IMG/VR virus record: IMGVR_UViG_3300036791_000797
Span: 20,646-84,645 of that record
Origin: a virus
Reading direction: 5' to 3' (one strand)
Length of the DNA: 64,000 nucleotides
Position 1 is the first letter of the stretch, and every line of letters begins with the position of its first letter. A program made the translations under genes and the position numbers. Under the pieces are notes generated by a model. That model was not told the origin of the DNA. It saw only the letters and a list, made by a program, of their open reading frames with translations, and did no database searches. Positions 37,801 to 46,528 of this stretch are shown here, piece by piece.

Positions 37801-40528
37801 CGGCATGCTGCGCTGGGCCAGAGGTCCGGTCCATGGACCCATCCTGAATCCCCACTGGCAATCCCCCGAGGCCCCCAAGGGTCGCTCGAAGGGCCGGGCC
37901 GATGATCCCAACGCCACCAAGTTCTCCACCTACGAGCCCAAGTTCCAGGAGAAGATCGCCAACCAGTTCCACAGCAACGTCCCCTCAGAACTCGGCATCA
38001 ACACCCATCGAGACATGGTCGAGAACATCAAGGGGATGTACCGGGAGGCCAAGGCCACCAATCCCAAGGCCATCAGAGAGGGCAAGAAGTGGTATTCGGA
38101 TGCCCACAACTTCGCCAAGGGATTAGCTCAGAAGCATCCTGGTGGGAAGCTGCGTACAGCGCTGGGTATGACGGCGGCCCTCTCGCCCCAGAATCACTGG
38201 GAGGAGAACAAGACCCAGGCCGAGTATATCCACCATCATCTGAGTGCTGATCCCGACTCCGAAGACGGTCGCTTCAACATCTCGCATGAGGATGCTCAGG
38301 CGGCCATGAAGAAGCAGTCCAAGCAAGCCAGCGTGAAGAAGGGTTATCGCCAGGTACAGCAGTTGACGCCCGGCAAGCGCTTTGCCGACATGGAGCCCGA
38401 GGAGGCGGCCCACTCCCTCAAGGCCCAGGCCCAGTACACCCACAAGCTGAAGGTGCCGGGGCGGATCAAGAACGACGGCGATCCTTGGAAGGCCACCTTC
38501 GCCAACGGCACCGGCTCGATCGCCAAGGCCGTGCGGATTCATCGGGGTGAGGATCCCGATGATGTTTTGCAGGGTCATAAGGTCCGCTCTTTCTTCAACA
38601 ATATGGCGGATCACACCAACAAGCAGAAGCGTGATGATGTCACTATTGACACGCATGCTGTCTCGTTGGCGGCTGGGGCCAAGTTCGGAGCTAGCGCTCC
38701 TGAGCTAAAGAAGATGTTCGCCAATGGTGCCAACAAGAATCAGAACGTCACCGGCACTTACGGCTATGTCGCGGATGCCTATCGCCAGGCTCATAAGGAG
38801 CTACAGGACTCCGGGGAGATGTCCAAGACCTCGGCTCCCCATCACCTGCAGGCCACCACCTGGTTGCACTGGCGGGACATCAACGACGAGCCCGGCAAGC
38901 TGAAAGAGGCCAACAAGGGTCGCTTCAAGGACTACTCCGGCGAGAACGCTGCCCGCAACAAGCGCAACAAGGAACTCTACGGCGAGGACTACGAGGGCGA
39001 CGAAGACGAGGACGAGGGCATGTCCGCGGCGGCCAGCCTGCATGTGGCCCAGGGGCATGACATCGGAGAGGCGGGCAAGCTCCTCGACCCCTCCAACTAC
39101 GACGAGAACGCCGCCGATCCCGACTTCGACCCCGATCTGGCCGAGGATGCCCTGGACGCCGAATGGGATGCCGAGCCCGCCGAGATGGAGCAGCGCTGGC
39201 AGGACTCCCAGGCCAAGCAGCCTCGCACCTCCATGCTGCGCTGGGGCGCGGTCCAGGGTGACGACATGGACACCGATGACGTGGATTCTGACACTTCAGA
39301 TGAAATGGCGGATGCCTCGGCGGTGCAGAAGCAGTACGCCGATCAGGCCGACGACGCTCAAGACGACTTCTACTTCAACTACCCCACCGACAGCCAGAGC
39401 CCCTTCCCCAACGACCCCAACAAGGTGCCGCCCTACATGAGCGCCACGCCCCACGGGGCTATGCTCCACTGGGCTCGCCCCCGGCCCGATCGCCTCTTTG
39501 ATGTCAGTGATATCCCCACTAAGAAGGGGCCGTATCAGGAGCCTCGATCAAACCCGAACTTCGAGCATCCTTACGAAGGTCCCATAGGGAAGTATCTGTA
39601 TCATCACAGTCCGCCTGAGAATCGCAGTTCCATCATGGAGCATGGTCTGCAGCCCCGTGATCCTCAGGAAAGCTCAGCTAAGGGATCTGATATTCCTTCT
39701 GAACGGACACCCGAAGGTGTCTACTTAGGACCATACGATCACATCGGTCCTCACCAGCGTGGATCTGATGTATGGGCGGTGGATACCAACAAGGTAAGGC
39801 TCCATCAAGATCCTGATGATGACGAGAACTACTGGGGATTCCACTACTCGGAGGACCCCGTGCCGCCGGAGGCCATGAAGCTGGTGCATCGGCATCCCAG
39901 CGTGGCCATGCTGCACTGGTCAGCCGAGGCGGCCGAGGAGATGCTCAGGGATGAGCCCGAGGGCGCGCTCCCATCTACGGATGGTGGAGCCCCCTCAGAG
40001 CTTTGGGAGAGCCAGCACTCCACCACTGCCCCCGATCCCATCAGCGCCGGTCCTGCGGGCTTCGGCAGTCCCCTGGACCCCGGCAGCGAGCATGAGGACA
40101 TGGGCTACCCCGAAGCCGACGAAGCGGTCCTGCGCCCCTCCGGTGGTCCGGGCGCGGGGTCGTTCATGAACGAGATGGAAAACAAGATGTATGGCCTTGA
40201 CTACGCCTCCTCCCTCCATGCGGGGACCGTAGGTCAACAGAGCCGGGCATGGCTGCTACAGGCGGATCCTCATCGAAGTGCAGGTGGTGACCAGGGCATT
40301 CGGGATTCCGACATAGCAGCCATGGCTCGGCAGTTTCTGCAGACCGGGGAGGTGCCGGGTCAGTCCAAGGTGGCGGCCAAGGTGTTCAGCCCGGCCGAGC
40401 AGGTCGAGTTGATCCAGGAGGGCTCGGCCGACGGCACCCGCGCCTCGAACCTGGACCGCCTGCAACTGGAGGGCACCCACTACCTGGCTGACGAAGATGA
40501 CGAGGATCTCGATGGGTTGTTCGGCTGA
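34823..40528 (+). CDS. giant polyvalent virion protein (SWIM Zn finger, 2H phosphoesterase, glycosylase-like and ART-like modules)
   Basis: CTC..CSH; HVT/HLT; WY..ALSP..TIDTH..QATTW; LYHHS..I..GL.P..GVYL. Confidence 0.75.
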   Translation: MPFSSFTAIFRTRLNGPVGAVQDEGNGSAADTELLRKAGLLSSDPSRSGADIQDLSGRELLPSTDYESSAGGWVDRPALGQFVSHVVEVGAEPEVIEGDTQRHIAGVQYMQFTGISDEVGVGPAMGWDHAIAIPEVAVPSALGSRPQPARTASIDLGPEALLDGGHVGNLASDSYPELSEVLLQRPPPNSHQAAVDGLCALCEAEPATQEISGTTVGDRCAEHLMGVPGAGTAPPEFGQAVYGMAHTASWESEDRERYKTILKDQPEEPCGNCGQPIKFDDETETYVAKDGSQCPSEDGHDPLGSTSHEAGILDWLDRKLAPTGLVPEQGGRWSFDWCRYRHNSHCFYPAGLDAGASSQAGYAVWTPQDRGSCPRFTWESQQQCPIGAPGPHAGGTPDAYTQQQPVQPRGLLQRLLGSKDAKDEDFHWHFCAKWADVRAKAARIRREGGVRIISAPDARNPYITAEVKGDNHTYQTTILRSIGGKSVAGWECTCAWAHYAWGRSGRWKKFEGRQCSHALATIYQAQADEMFGGRVKEISRQPATFDQPGDEGQFKKVWQYDPDDEKRKEYVERDWRKDPTKRSGKAPEWVKQYEGSLRVIAQETEQVKVGDVQPGDRVLLTGYEKEGPHTVKSVRDGTPAKRIEPYEDKKERTLRGIIEHDDPDHYPPKDYGTIPIRHFDLAGTFDHIALPHHAPIKRLTASLSFSEERPIAMEAEARLEAGESPQAVLSYLRAADAPWPEYILTEALHKPFVARDPADELHTIVSLEGEHAVTDNGDLIPAEHLTHPDFDWHSGLSFQGQAQTNSAEVQQDPVEHVNADGSPHNGVMVALVPPEKVREGLAVQDGEAPEDMHVTVGYLGKKDSVDPEALHRAVSSFAQQVPPLKGKISGFGNFEVDPERNDGFSHAHVGLVDIPGISDFQAKLDEHLGREGLKVNNEHGLQPHLTVAYGHEPAEYDSMPDTTDHFDLPHITVAHGGTWTHYPLQGSPEAQKTGMLRWARGPVHGPILNPHWQSPEAPKGRSKGRADDPNATKFSTYEPKFQEKIANQFHSNVPSELGINTHRDMVENIKGMYREAKATNPKAIREGKKWYSDAHNFAKGLAQKHPGGKLRTALGMTAALSPQNHWEENKTQAEYIHHHLSADPDSEDGRFNISHEDAQAAMKKQSKQASVKKGYRQVQQLTPGKRFADMEPEEAAHSLKAQAQYTHKLKVPGRIKNDGDPWKATFANGTGSIAKAVRIHRGEDPDDVLQGHKVRSFFNNMADHTNKQKRDDVTIDTHAVSLAAGAKFGASAPELKKMFANGANKNQNVTGTYGYVADAYRQAHKELQDSGEMSKTSAPHHLQATTWLHWRDINDEPGKLKEANKGRFKDYSGENAARNKRNKELYGEDYEGDEDEDEGMSAAASLHVAQGHDIGEAGKLLDPSNYDENAADPDFDPDLAEDALDAEWDAEPAEMEQRWQDSQAKQPRTSMLRWGAVQGDDMDTDDVDSDTSDEMADASAVQKQYADQADDAQDDFYFNYPTDSQSPFPNDPNKVPPYMSATPHGAMLHWARPRPDRLFDVSDIPTKKGPYQEPRSNPNFEHPYEGPIGKYLYHHSPPENRSSIMEHGLQPRDPQESSAKGSDIPSERTPEGVYLGPYDHIGPHQRGSDVWAVDTNKVRLHQDPDDDENYWGFHYSEDPVPPEAMKLVHRHPSVAMLHWSAEAAEEMLRDEPEGALPSTDGGAPSELWESQHSTTAPDPISAGPAGFGSPLDPGSEHEDMGYPEADEAVLRPSGGPGAGSFMNEMENKMYGLDYASSLHAGTVGQQSRAWLLQADPHRSAGGDQGIRDSDIAAMARQFLQTGEVPGQSKVAAKVFSPAEQVELIQEGSADGTRASNLDRLQLEGTHYLADEDDEDLDGLFG
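34862..35320 (-). CDS. HNH homing endonuclease
   Basis: RFWAKVD..CWLW..GYG..AHR..VLHTCD..CV..HL..GT..N; own -10 TAGATT 6 nt before GTG. Confidence 0.9.
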   Translation of the reverse strand: MPTIEERFWAKVDRSGPCWLWTAAQRRGYGYFRDGNRMIPAHRWAYTHFIANPGELHVLHTCDVPLCVTLDHLWLGTNLDNMRDKLAKGRAVHPPTRRGFVIGRGEKLTAAQVLDIRARSTGIRGEKTRLAEEFGVSRRAIAFILDGTNWPI

Positions 40529-40884
40529 TGGCTGACCTGGAGCGCTACCCCGACGGCGACGTGGAGGAGAACGGCCTCCTGGCCTATCGCCTGTTCCGCC
40601 CGGTGCTGCCGCATGTGCTGGTCGAGGAGCTAGAGGCTGAGGCGGGCACCGAAGCTCTGCATCTGACCTTCGAGGGTGACATCAGCGCGGCCTCAGAAGA
40701 GGACCCGGTCATCATCTACGTGCCCGAGACGGTCAACACCAAGCACATCACCCGTGTCCTGGCCTCCCATGATCACCGTGCTGCCCCTCATGCCATGGAT
40801 GCCATCAGGATGAAGCTAGACCATGATGAGCAGCTAACCATGGAGGAAGTCTCTCAGGCGCTCAAGTTCTTGCTGGGGGCGTAG
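40528..40884 (+). CDS. hypothetical protein
   Basis: TGATG overlap. Confidence 0.65.
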   Translation: MADLERYPDGDVEENGLLAYRLFRPVLPHVLVEELEAEAGTEALHLTFEGDISAASEEDPVIIYVPETVNTKHITRVLASHDHRAAPHAMDAIRMKLDHDEQLTMEEVSQALKFLLGA

Positions 40885-41876
40885 TGGCTACTCCCATCTC
40901 CGCCCGCAACTTTTCGAATACGACTCTTCCTACTCAACTGAGCGCCAACATCGACAACCAGTTGACCACCACCAATATCCCCGTCCAATCCACGGCCAAC
41001 TATCCGCCGGTTCCCTTCACCGGGTGTTTCGAGCGCAATACCATCAACCAGGAGTTTTGTCTGGTCACTACCATCCCTGATGCCAATCACTTCACCGTAG
41101 TACGAGGTTATGACGGTACTCCGCCTGTGCAGCACTTGGCTCCGGCAGTCTTCGAGCATTGTGTCGGTGCCATCGACTATCGCGAGGCCAACTGGCATAA
41201 CACCGACACCACCCGCGATGACCATCTGCAGTATGCCTTGACCAACGGGTCCCGTCCCATCACGGGTTTGCAGACCTTTCAGGCCGGTCTCAGCACCCCC
41301 TTCGTAGCCGTGGCCGGTAACTTCGGCTCCAATATCGCCACCCGCTACATGGGGGGAACTGGACCTGGTGTTGGTCCTCCAGGTGGAGGCACCTTCCAGG
41401 TCGGGGATTGGATCATCGATGTTCTGGGCCATCGCTGGACCTGCATCACGGCGGGCACTCCTGGTACCTGGACGGTGGAGGCTGGGAGAATGGTGGGTCA
41501 TTATCAGAACACCGGTGCTTTGCCTGATGCCGCCAACAACACCGTCACCGTGACTACCGCCTCATTCACGGCGGTCAAGGGTGTCTCTTACGTCATTGAT
41601 GCCAGTTATCAAGGGACGATCATCACTGCTCTTCCCAACTATGTGAATGCGGTGTTGTATACCAGTCCCAATATCTTCGCTTACAATAGCTACATTTTTA
41701 CCCTAGATAGTGCTGGCTTTATCTTGGGTAATGTCATTCAAGGATGTACGGTGTCAGGGACGAACGTCATAGCCACCACTCAGACCGTCAATGTAATGGT
41801 GAACATTCAGTCTTCCGGTGCTGGTGGATTACGGAGTGCGGTGGGCGGCTTAGAAGTGATCGTGAGGACGGCCTGA
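40884..41876 (+). CDS. putative fibre/receptor-binding protein, paralog 1
   Basis: conserved N-term (TVVRGYDGT, RDDHLQY), beta-rich C-term. Confidence 0.65.
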   Translation: MATPISARNFSNTTLPTQLSANIDNQLTTTNIPVQSTANYPPVPFTGCFERNTINQEFCLVTTIPDANHFTVVRGYDGTPPVQHLAPAVFEHCVGAIDYREANWHNTDTTRDDHLQYALTNGSRPITGLQTFQAGLSTPFVAVAGNFGSNIATRYMGGTGPGVGPPGGGTFQVGDWIIDVLGHRWTCITAGTPGTWTVEAGRMVGHYQNTGALPDAANNTVTVTTASFTAVKGVSYVIDASYQGTIITALPNYVNAVLYTSPNIFAYNSYIFTLDSAGFILGNVIQGCTVSGTNVIATTQTVNVMVNIQSSGAGGLRSAVGGLEVIVRTA

Positions 41877-41877
41877 T

Positions 41878-42867
41878 ATGGCACCTATCACTGTACGCAA
41901 CTACTCCAACACCACCCCACCCACCAACCTCACCGCCAACATCGACAATGCGCTGACCACCACCAACATCCCGGTGGCCTCCACCGCTGGTTATCCCGTC
42001 GTTCCCTTCACCGGCTGCTTCGAGCGCAACACCAACAACCAGGAGTTCGTGCTTTGCACCAACATCGTTGATGCCAACCACTTCTCGGTAGTACGAGCTT
42101 ATGACGGCACCCCGGCGGTCCAGCATCTCGCCCCCGCCACCTTCGAGCATTGCACCGGGGCCATTGACTTCCGCGAGGCCAACCAGCATCACACCGACAC
42201 CACCAGGGACGACCATCTCCAGTACGTCCTGGCCAATGGGTCGCGGGCCATCACCGGGCTACAGACCTTCAGCAGTGGTCTCAGCGCTCAGACCGTGGCC
42301 ATCAGCGGATTTCCTAGCTACTCCTATATGCCCACCCGCTACGTCGGTGGCACGGCGGGTCCTGGCCCTCCAGGAGGCGGAACCTTCCAGGTAGGCGATT
42401 GGGTCCTTGACACCGTCAACTGCCGCTGGATGTGCATCACCGCCGGTACACCCGGCGTCTGGACGCCAGAGCCTGGGCATGTCTACGCCCGTGTGTACGG
42501 CCCTCCTGCCGGTCAGGACATCATCAATCGCCAAGTTCAGGTCCTCAGCTACAGCTTCACTGCTGTGAAGGGCATGACCTACGAGGTCGATGTCCGCTTC
42601 CAGGGTCTCATCATCACCGCCATTCCGGCCTGGGTGAACTCGGTCTTGACCTGTACCGGAGGGATGCTTCCGTCCACCGTCTACGTCATGACCATCGGTG
42701 GAGCCGCCTTCGTGACGGGCAACGTGGTGTCGGGCTCCTGCACCGTGTCGCTCACCCCGGTGACGGTCACCGGAACCCAGACGCTGCGGCTCTATGCCAC
42801 CTCGGCGGGTCGAGGAGCCATGCGGATGACCGGCTACAACGCCGAGTTGATCATGCGAAAGGGATGA
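41878..42867 (+). CDS. putative fibre/receptor-binding protein, paralog 2
   Basis: aligns with paralog 1 over its full length. Confidence 0.65.
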   Translation: MAPITVRNYSNTTPPTNLTANIDNALTTTNIPVASTAGYPVVPFTGCFERNTNNQEFVLCTNIVDANHFSVVRAYDGTPAVQHLAPATFEHCTGAIDFREANQHHTDTTRDDHLQYVLANGSRAITGLQTFSSGLSAQTVAISGFPSYSYMPTRYVGGTAGPGPPGGGTFQVGDWVLDTVNCRWMCITAGTPGVWTPEPGHVYARVYGPPAGQDIINRQVQVLSYSFTAVKGMTYEVDVRFQGLIITAIPAWVNSVLTCTGGMLPSTVYVMTIGGAAFVTGNVVSGSCTVSLTPVTVTGTQTLRLYATSAGRGAMRMTGYNAELIMRKG

Positions 42868-42868
42868 G

Positions 42869-43870
42869 ATGGCCACTCCCATCCTGGCTCGCAACTACTC
42901 GAACACCACTCTTCCCACTCAACTGACCGCCAATATCGATAACCAGTTATCCACCACAAACATCCCGGTGGCATCTACGGCGAGCTATCCACTGGCTCCT
43001 TTCACTGGTTGCTTCGAGCGTAATACTCCTAATCAGGAGTTCGTTCTGGTCACCGCCATCCCTGATCTCAATCACTTCACGGTGGTGCGAGGCTATGACG
43101 GCACTCCACCGTCCCAGCACTTTGCTCCGGCCACCTTTGAGCATGCGGTGGGCTCCATCGACTATCGCGACGCCAACTGGCATCACACCGACACCAGCCG
43201 CGACGATCACCTGCAGTACGCCCTGACCAATGGCACCCGAGCCTTCACCGGGCCGCTGACCGCACCGGCCTACGCCGCCAGCTTGACCGGAGCCAGCGGG
43301 CGATTCATCGGCATGACCAATGGGCCTCCTGCGGCCGGGGCTTATCTGATCAACGATTACGCCGCTGATCCTACCAATCGTTGTTTCTGGTTCTGCATAG
43401 CGGGAGGATCTCCAGGCACATGGTCCTCATCACGGCTGAAGCCATCGGCTCGATTGCAGGCTACTGCTCAGACGGTCTTGGCAGCCAATACCTGGGTTCA
43501 GATGGTCCTGGCCACCGATCATGCTGTCGGGGGTTGCACCATCGTTGCACCGAGTAGTATTCGTGTTCCTGTCGCCGGGATATATCGCACCTCCTGCGCC
43601 ATCCTGTACCAGACCAGCAACAACCCGGCCGGGGCCGGTCGTTATGTGGCCGCCATCTATCGCAATGGAGCCCAGGTGCGCCAGTACAACGACACCTCCA
43701 TCGGTGGGAATGCCTTCACCCAGCCAGCCGGATCAGACACCGGACAATACGGGGCCGGAGATCTCATCACCCTGTGGGGTTGGCAGAACTCCTCCGGTCT
43801 GGAAGGATCATTCGGCAGTGGTGTTTACACCAATCTAGCCGTCGAGTTTGTCACCTATTTGTCAGCATGA
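42869..43870 (+). CDS. putative fibre/receptor-binding protein, paralog 3 (C1q-like tip)
   Basis: same N-term; VPVAGIY..GDLITL C-term. Confidence 0.65.
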   Translation: MATPILARNYSNTTLPTQLTANIDNQLSTTNIPVASTASYPLAPFTGCFERNTPNQEFVLVTAIPDLNHFTVVRGYDGTPPSQHFAPATFEHAVGSIDYRDANWHHTDTSRDDHLQYALTNGTRAFTGPLTAPAYAASLTGASGRFIGMTNGPPAAGAYLINDYAADPTNRCFWFCIAGGSPGTWSSSRLKPSARLQATAQTVLAANTWVQMVLATDHAVGGCTIVAPSSIRVPVAGIYRTSCAILYQTSNNPAGAGRYVAAIYRNGAQVRQYNDTSIGGNAFTQPAGSDTGQYGAGDLITLWGWQNSSGLEGSFGSGVYTNLAVEFVTYLSA

Positions 43871-43887
43871 TGCGAAAGGGTTAGCTA

Positions 43888-44724
43888 ATGCCAATCTACG
43901 TGCAGATGGATAACTCTGCCGCTATCGAACACTTCAAGGATCACCCTGACGCCGAGGAGATCAAGTCCCGTCCCCTCAGTGGTGAGCGCATCTTCGAGAT
44001 CGTCTTCCCGGACGGCACCACCCTGCGGGAGATGATCGCCACCACCATGGCCACCTACCGCATGCACCAGCCGCACGGCAACGCTCCCGACGACCAGCCG
44101 GTGGGCCTGGTGTACCCCCGGTGGGTGCGGGCCAGCGATGATCAGCTACAGGAGCAACTGGTCCTGGAGTACGGCCTGGAGAGCAACGACATCCCGGCCG
44201 GGTTCGGGGCCGAGCATGAGTCCTGGGACCGCACCAGCATGCCTGCTCTGAAGACCGCGGCGGTCATCAGGACCACCGGCCTGCTGACCACCAGTCTCTA
44301 CGTCTTGGCCGCCATGAGCCTGTTCAAGCTCAGCCGCCTCACCCTTCGCACCACGGCCGGGCGCGACTACCAGGCCGGGATCATGGGCAATCCCTCCTCC
44401 ACCGGGACGGGGGCCTTCGCCTCGGCCAGCTACATCGGCCTGACCGCCGATCTCACCGCTCCGGCGGCCGGGGACACCATCCTGCCCGGAGAGGTCCTGT
44501 CCGGCACCCTGGTCCGGGCTCAGGGAGCCTTCGGGCACACCACCGGGGCGGCTTCCTACACCGTGAGCAAGCTGTTCGTGTCCGACCAGCACATCATCGT
44601 CAACAAGATCGGGCTGTTCAATGCGGCCACGGGTGGGTCTCCGTTCATCGAGACGGTGCTGTCGGCTCAGGCCACGCTGAACTCCGGGGACCAGCTACAG
44701 ATTGTCTCCACGGTGACCCTCTGA
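43888..44724 (+). CDS. virion structural protein
   Basis: IGLFNAATGG..LNSGDQLQI pattern. Confidence 0.6.
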   Translation: MPIYVQMDNSAAIEHFKDHPDAEEIKSRPLSGERIFEIVFPDGTTLREMIATTMATYRMHQPHGNAPDDQPVGLVYPRWVRASDDQLQEQLVLEYGLESNDIPAGFGAEHESWDRTSMPALKTAAVIRTTGLLTTSLYVLAAMSLFKLSRLTLRTTAGRDYQAGIMGNPSSTGTGAFASASYIGLTADLTAPAAGDTILPGEVLSGTLVRAQGAFGHTTGAASYTVSKLFVSDQHIIVNKIGLFNAATGGSPFIETVLSAQATLNSGDQLQIVSTVTL

Positions 44725-44756
44725 CCCCTTGGGCTCATGGGTCCTAGTAAGGTGTC

Positions 44757-45482
44757 TTGAGAACTATTGCATACCGTGATGTAGGACTGATGCGTAAGTC
44801 TCAAACTAATACTCGGCATGATACTTGGCACGAATCACCGTGTTATGTATGCCGTCATCCATGGCGTAATCTCATCGACCTGGAGATTCTGGAAGACAAG
44901 CCAGTAGGAGCCATCTTCATGCATCTGCCGGTGATCCCTTCCGTACCCATTCCCACTCACACCGAGATCAACCGGCACCGCCGCCAGGGTCATATGCGGG
45001 CTCGGGAAAGCATCCTTAGAGACCAGGCCGAGAAGCTCAAGCTGCTCAACTCCATTATCGATGACCTCCCCCCGAGGGACCTACTGCTGAACTCCCTGGC
45101 CATCGATTCCCCCTCTCCGTTGCCACCCATCTCCCAGCCCGGTCCTCCGCCGCGGGTCATGGCTCCTCGCTTGTCCACCAAGCCCCCAGAGGCGGCCTGG
45201 AGCCCCCATGTCCTCAAGACCCGCCAGAGACGCACCGGATGGACCCCGGAGGCTCAGATCGCCCTACGGGACCTGCAGGACAACGCCTGCGCCATCTGCG
45301 GTAGCTCCCATCCCACCTGCCTGGACGTGTTCACTGACGCCCTCGACAACGAGCGCGTCCTGGGCTACCTGTGCCAGCGTTGCAAGGGGGTGGTGTCCAT
45401 GATGGGCCATGATCGTGTGTTGTTCTATCGGGCTTGTCGTTACCTGGATCGTCCGCCTTCTCAGGAGATGTTGGATGGCTGA
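44757..45482 (+). CDS. CxxC protein fused to degenerate endonuclease VII domain
   Basis: LQDNACAIC..GYLCQRC; N-term resembles 2974..3708; start uncertain. Confidence 0.55.
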   Translation: MRTIAYRDVGLMRKSQTNTRHDTWHESPCYVCRHPWRNLIDLEILEDKPVGAIFMHLPVIPSVPIPTHTEINRHRRQGHMRARESILRDQAEKLKLLNSIIDDLPPRDLLLNSLAIDSPSPLPPISQPGPPPRVMAPRLSTKPPEAAWSPHVLKTRQRRTGWTPEAQIALRDLQDNACAICGSSHPTCLDVFTDALDNERVLGYLCQRCKGVVSMMGHDRVLFYRACRYLDRPPSQEMLDG

Positions 45483-45771
45483 TGGCATCTGCCCTACTTG
45501 CGGGCGTGACATCTACAACCATGACGCGACCGAGCGCAAGGTATGCCATGACGCCGTCAGCGGCTATCGCCGTCCACTGGCAAGCAATCCTATAATGGCA
45601 AGCATGCCTATAGCAGATGAGTGCCATGACACCGACGGGGACGGGGACTGCCCCATCTGCATCGGTGGCCGATGGCGCTGTCCCAAGAAGACCCATCTGC
45701 GCCCGAATCTAAGCGATCCTGGGTACTACGCCGGGCGGGAGTTCGGGCTCCCTGATCCCTGGGCTGACTGA
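45475..45771 (+). CDS. Cys-rich hypothetical protein
   Basis: ORF. Confidence 0.5.
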   Translation: MADGICPTCGRDIYNHDATERKVCHDAVSGYRRPLASNPIMASMPIADECHDTDGDGDCPICIGGRWRCPKKTHLRPNLSDPGYYAGREFGLPDPWAD

Positions 45772-45777
45772 CCCGAC

Positions 45778-45812
45778 TTGCAGTCTCTAGGTAAACCTGC
45801 TAATATGGTGCG
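45778..45812 (+). promoter_or_regulatory. boxed leaderless promoter, copy 7
   Basis: TTGCAG-tctctaggtaaacctgc-TAATAT-N6-ATG. Confidence 0.8.
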
Positions 45813-45857
45813 ATGACCACCATGCTAGTACTACTCATAGAAATCCGTATCCTCTGA
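45813..45857 (+). CDS. 14-aa leader peptide MTTMLVLLIEIRIL
   Basis: starts at predicted TSS; TGATG coupling to next gene. Confidence 0.6.
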   Translation: MTTMLVLLIEIRIL

Positions 45858-46528
45858 TGTACGGACGATCCACCACCAACGGCCAGGGCAACCGGGGGCG
45901 CGACACCCAGCGCTCCAAGCTCTACGCCGCCGAGGCCGTCCTGCAGGGTGCCCCCGACTTTGTAACCGTCCAGGAGTGCCAGGCCTTCGTGGACGCCGTC
46001 ATGGCCAGCCGCTGGGTGGCCACTCGCTTCCGCAACCCCCGCATCGAGGTCACCCCCGGCTACGGCCGCCGCAGTGCCTGCGCCATGGGCGACGACGAGA
46101 TCCGCCTCCCGATGTGGTCCCGGCAGAAGCCGGTCATCCTGCATGAGATCGCCCACTGCCTGATCGACTACGGCTATACCCGCTACGCCTGGCACGGCCC
46201 CGAGTTCGCCGGGCTACTGCTCAGCCTGGTCCACCACGTCCTGGGCCAGGAGAGCGCCACCAAGCTGCGGGCCTCCTTCAAGGCCCACCGGGTTCGCTAC
46301 AACCTCAAGGCCCTGCCCACCGGGCCGCGCCACACTGTGGTGCCCAAGGCTGTGGTGGCCGCTAAGGCCCGTCAGCGGGCCACCACGCCCCTCACGTCCA
46401 CCGAGACCACCCAGGTGGCCGCTCTGCTGCGCCGGGCCGCTAAGGCCGGGCAACTGGGCACTCCCGATCGCAAGCCCCGCCAGCACGCCCTGGCCACCGC
46501 CCGCCTCCTCGAAGGGATCTACTCATGA
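45857..46528 (+). CDS. HEXXH zinc metalloprotein (Rv0185/SprT-like)
   Basis: RDTQRSKLYAAE, VILHEIAH, HGPEF. Confidence 0.75.
   Translation: MYGRSTTNGQGNRGRDTQRSKLYAAEAVLQGAPDFVTVQECQAFVDAVMASRWVATRFRNPRIEVTPGYGRRSACAMGDDEIRLPMWSRQKPVILHEIAHCLIDYGYTRYAWHGPEFAGLLLSLVHHVLGQESATKLRASFKAHRVRYNLKALPTGPRHTVVPKAVVAAKARQRATTPLTSTETTQVAALLRRAAKAGQLGTPDRKPRQHALATARLLEGIYS

Noticed and set aside
5187-37972. Many long antisense ORFs in the track (e.g. 5187-6167, 10865-11893, 26247-27470, 35366-36598)
   Set aside because: Shadow frames of high-GC genes with no motifs or start signals; only the HNH has independent support
40884-43870. Diversity-generating retroelement acting on the fibre paralogs
   Set aside because: Differences are not adenine-specific, and there is no template repeat or RT
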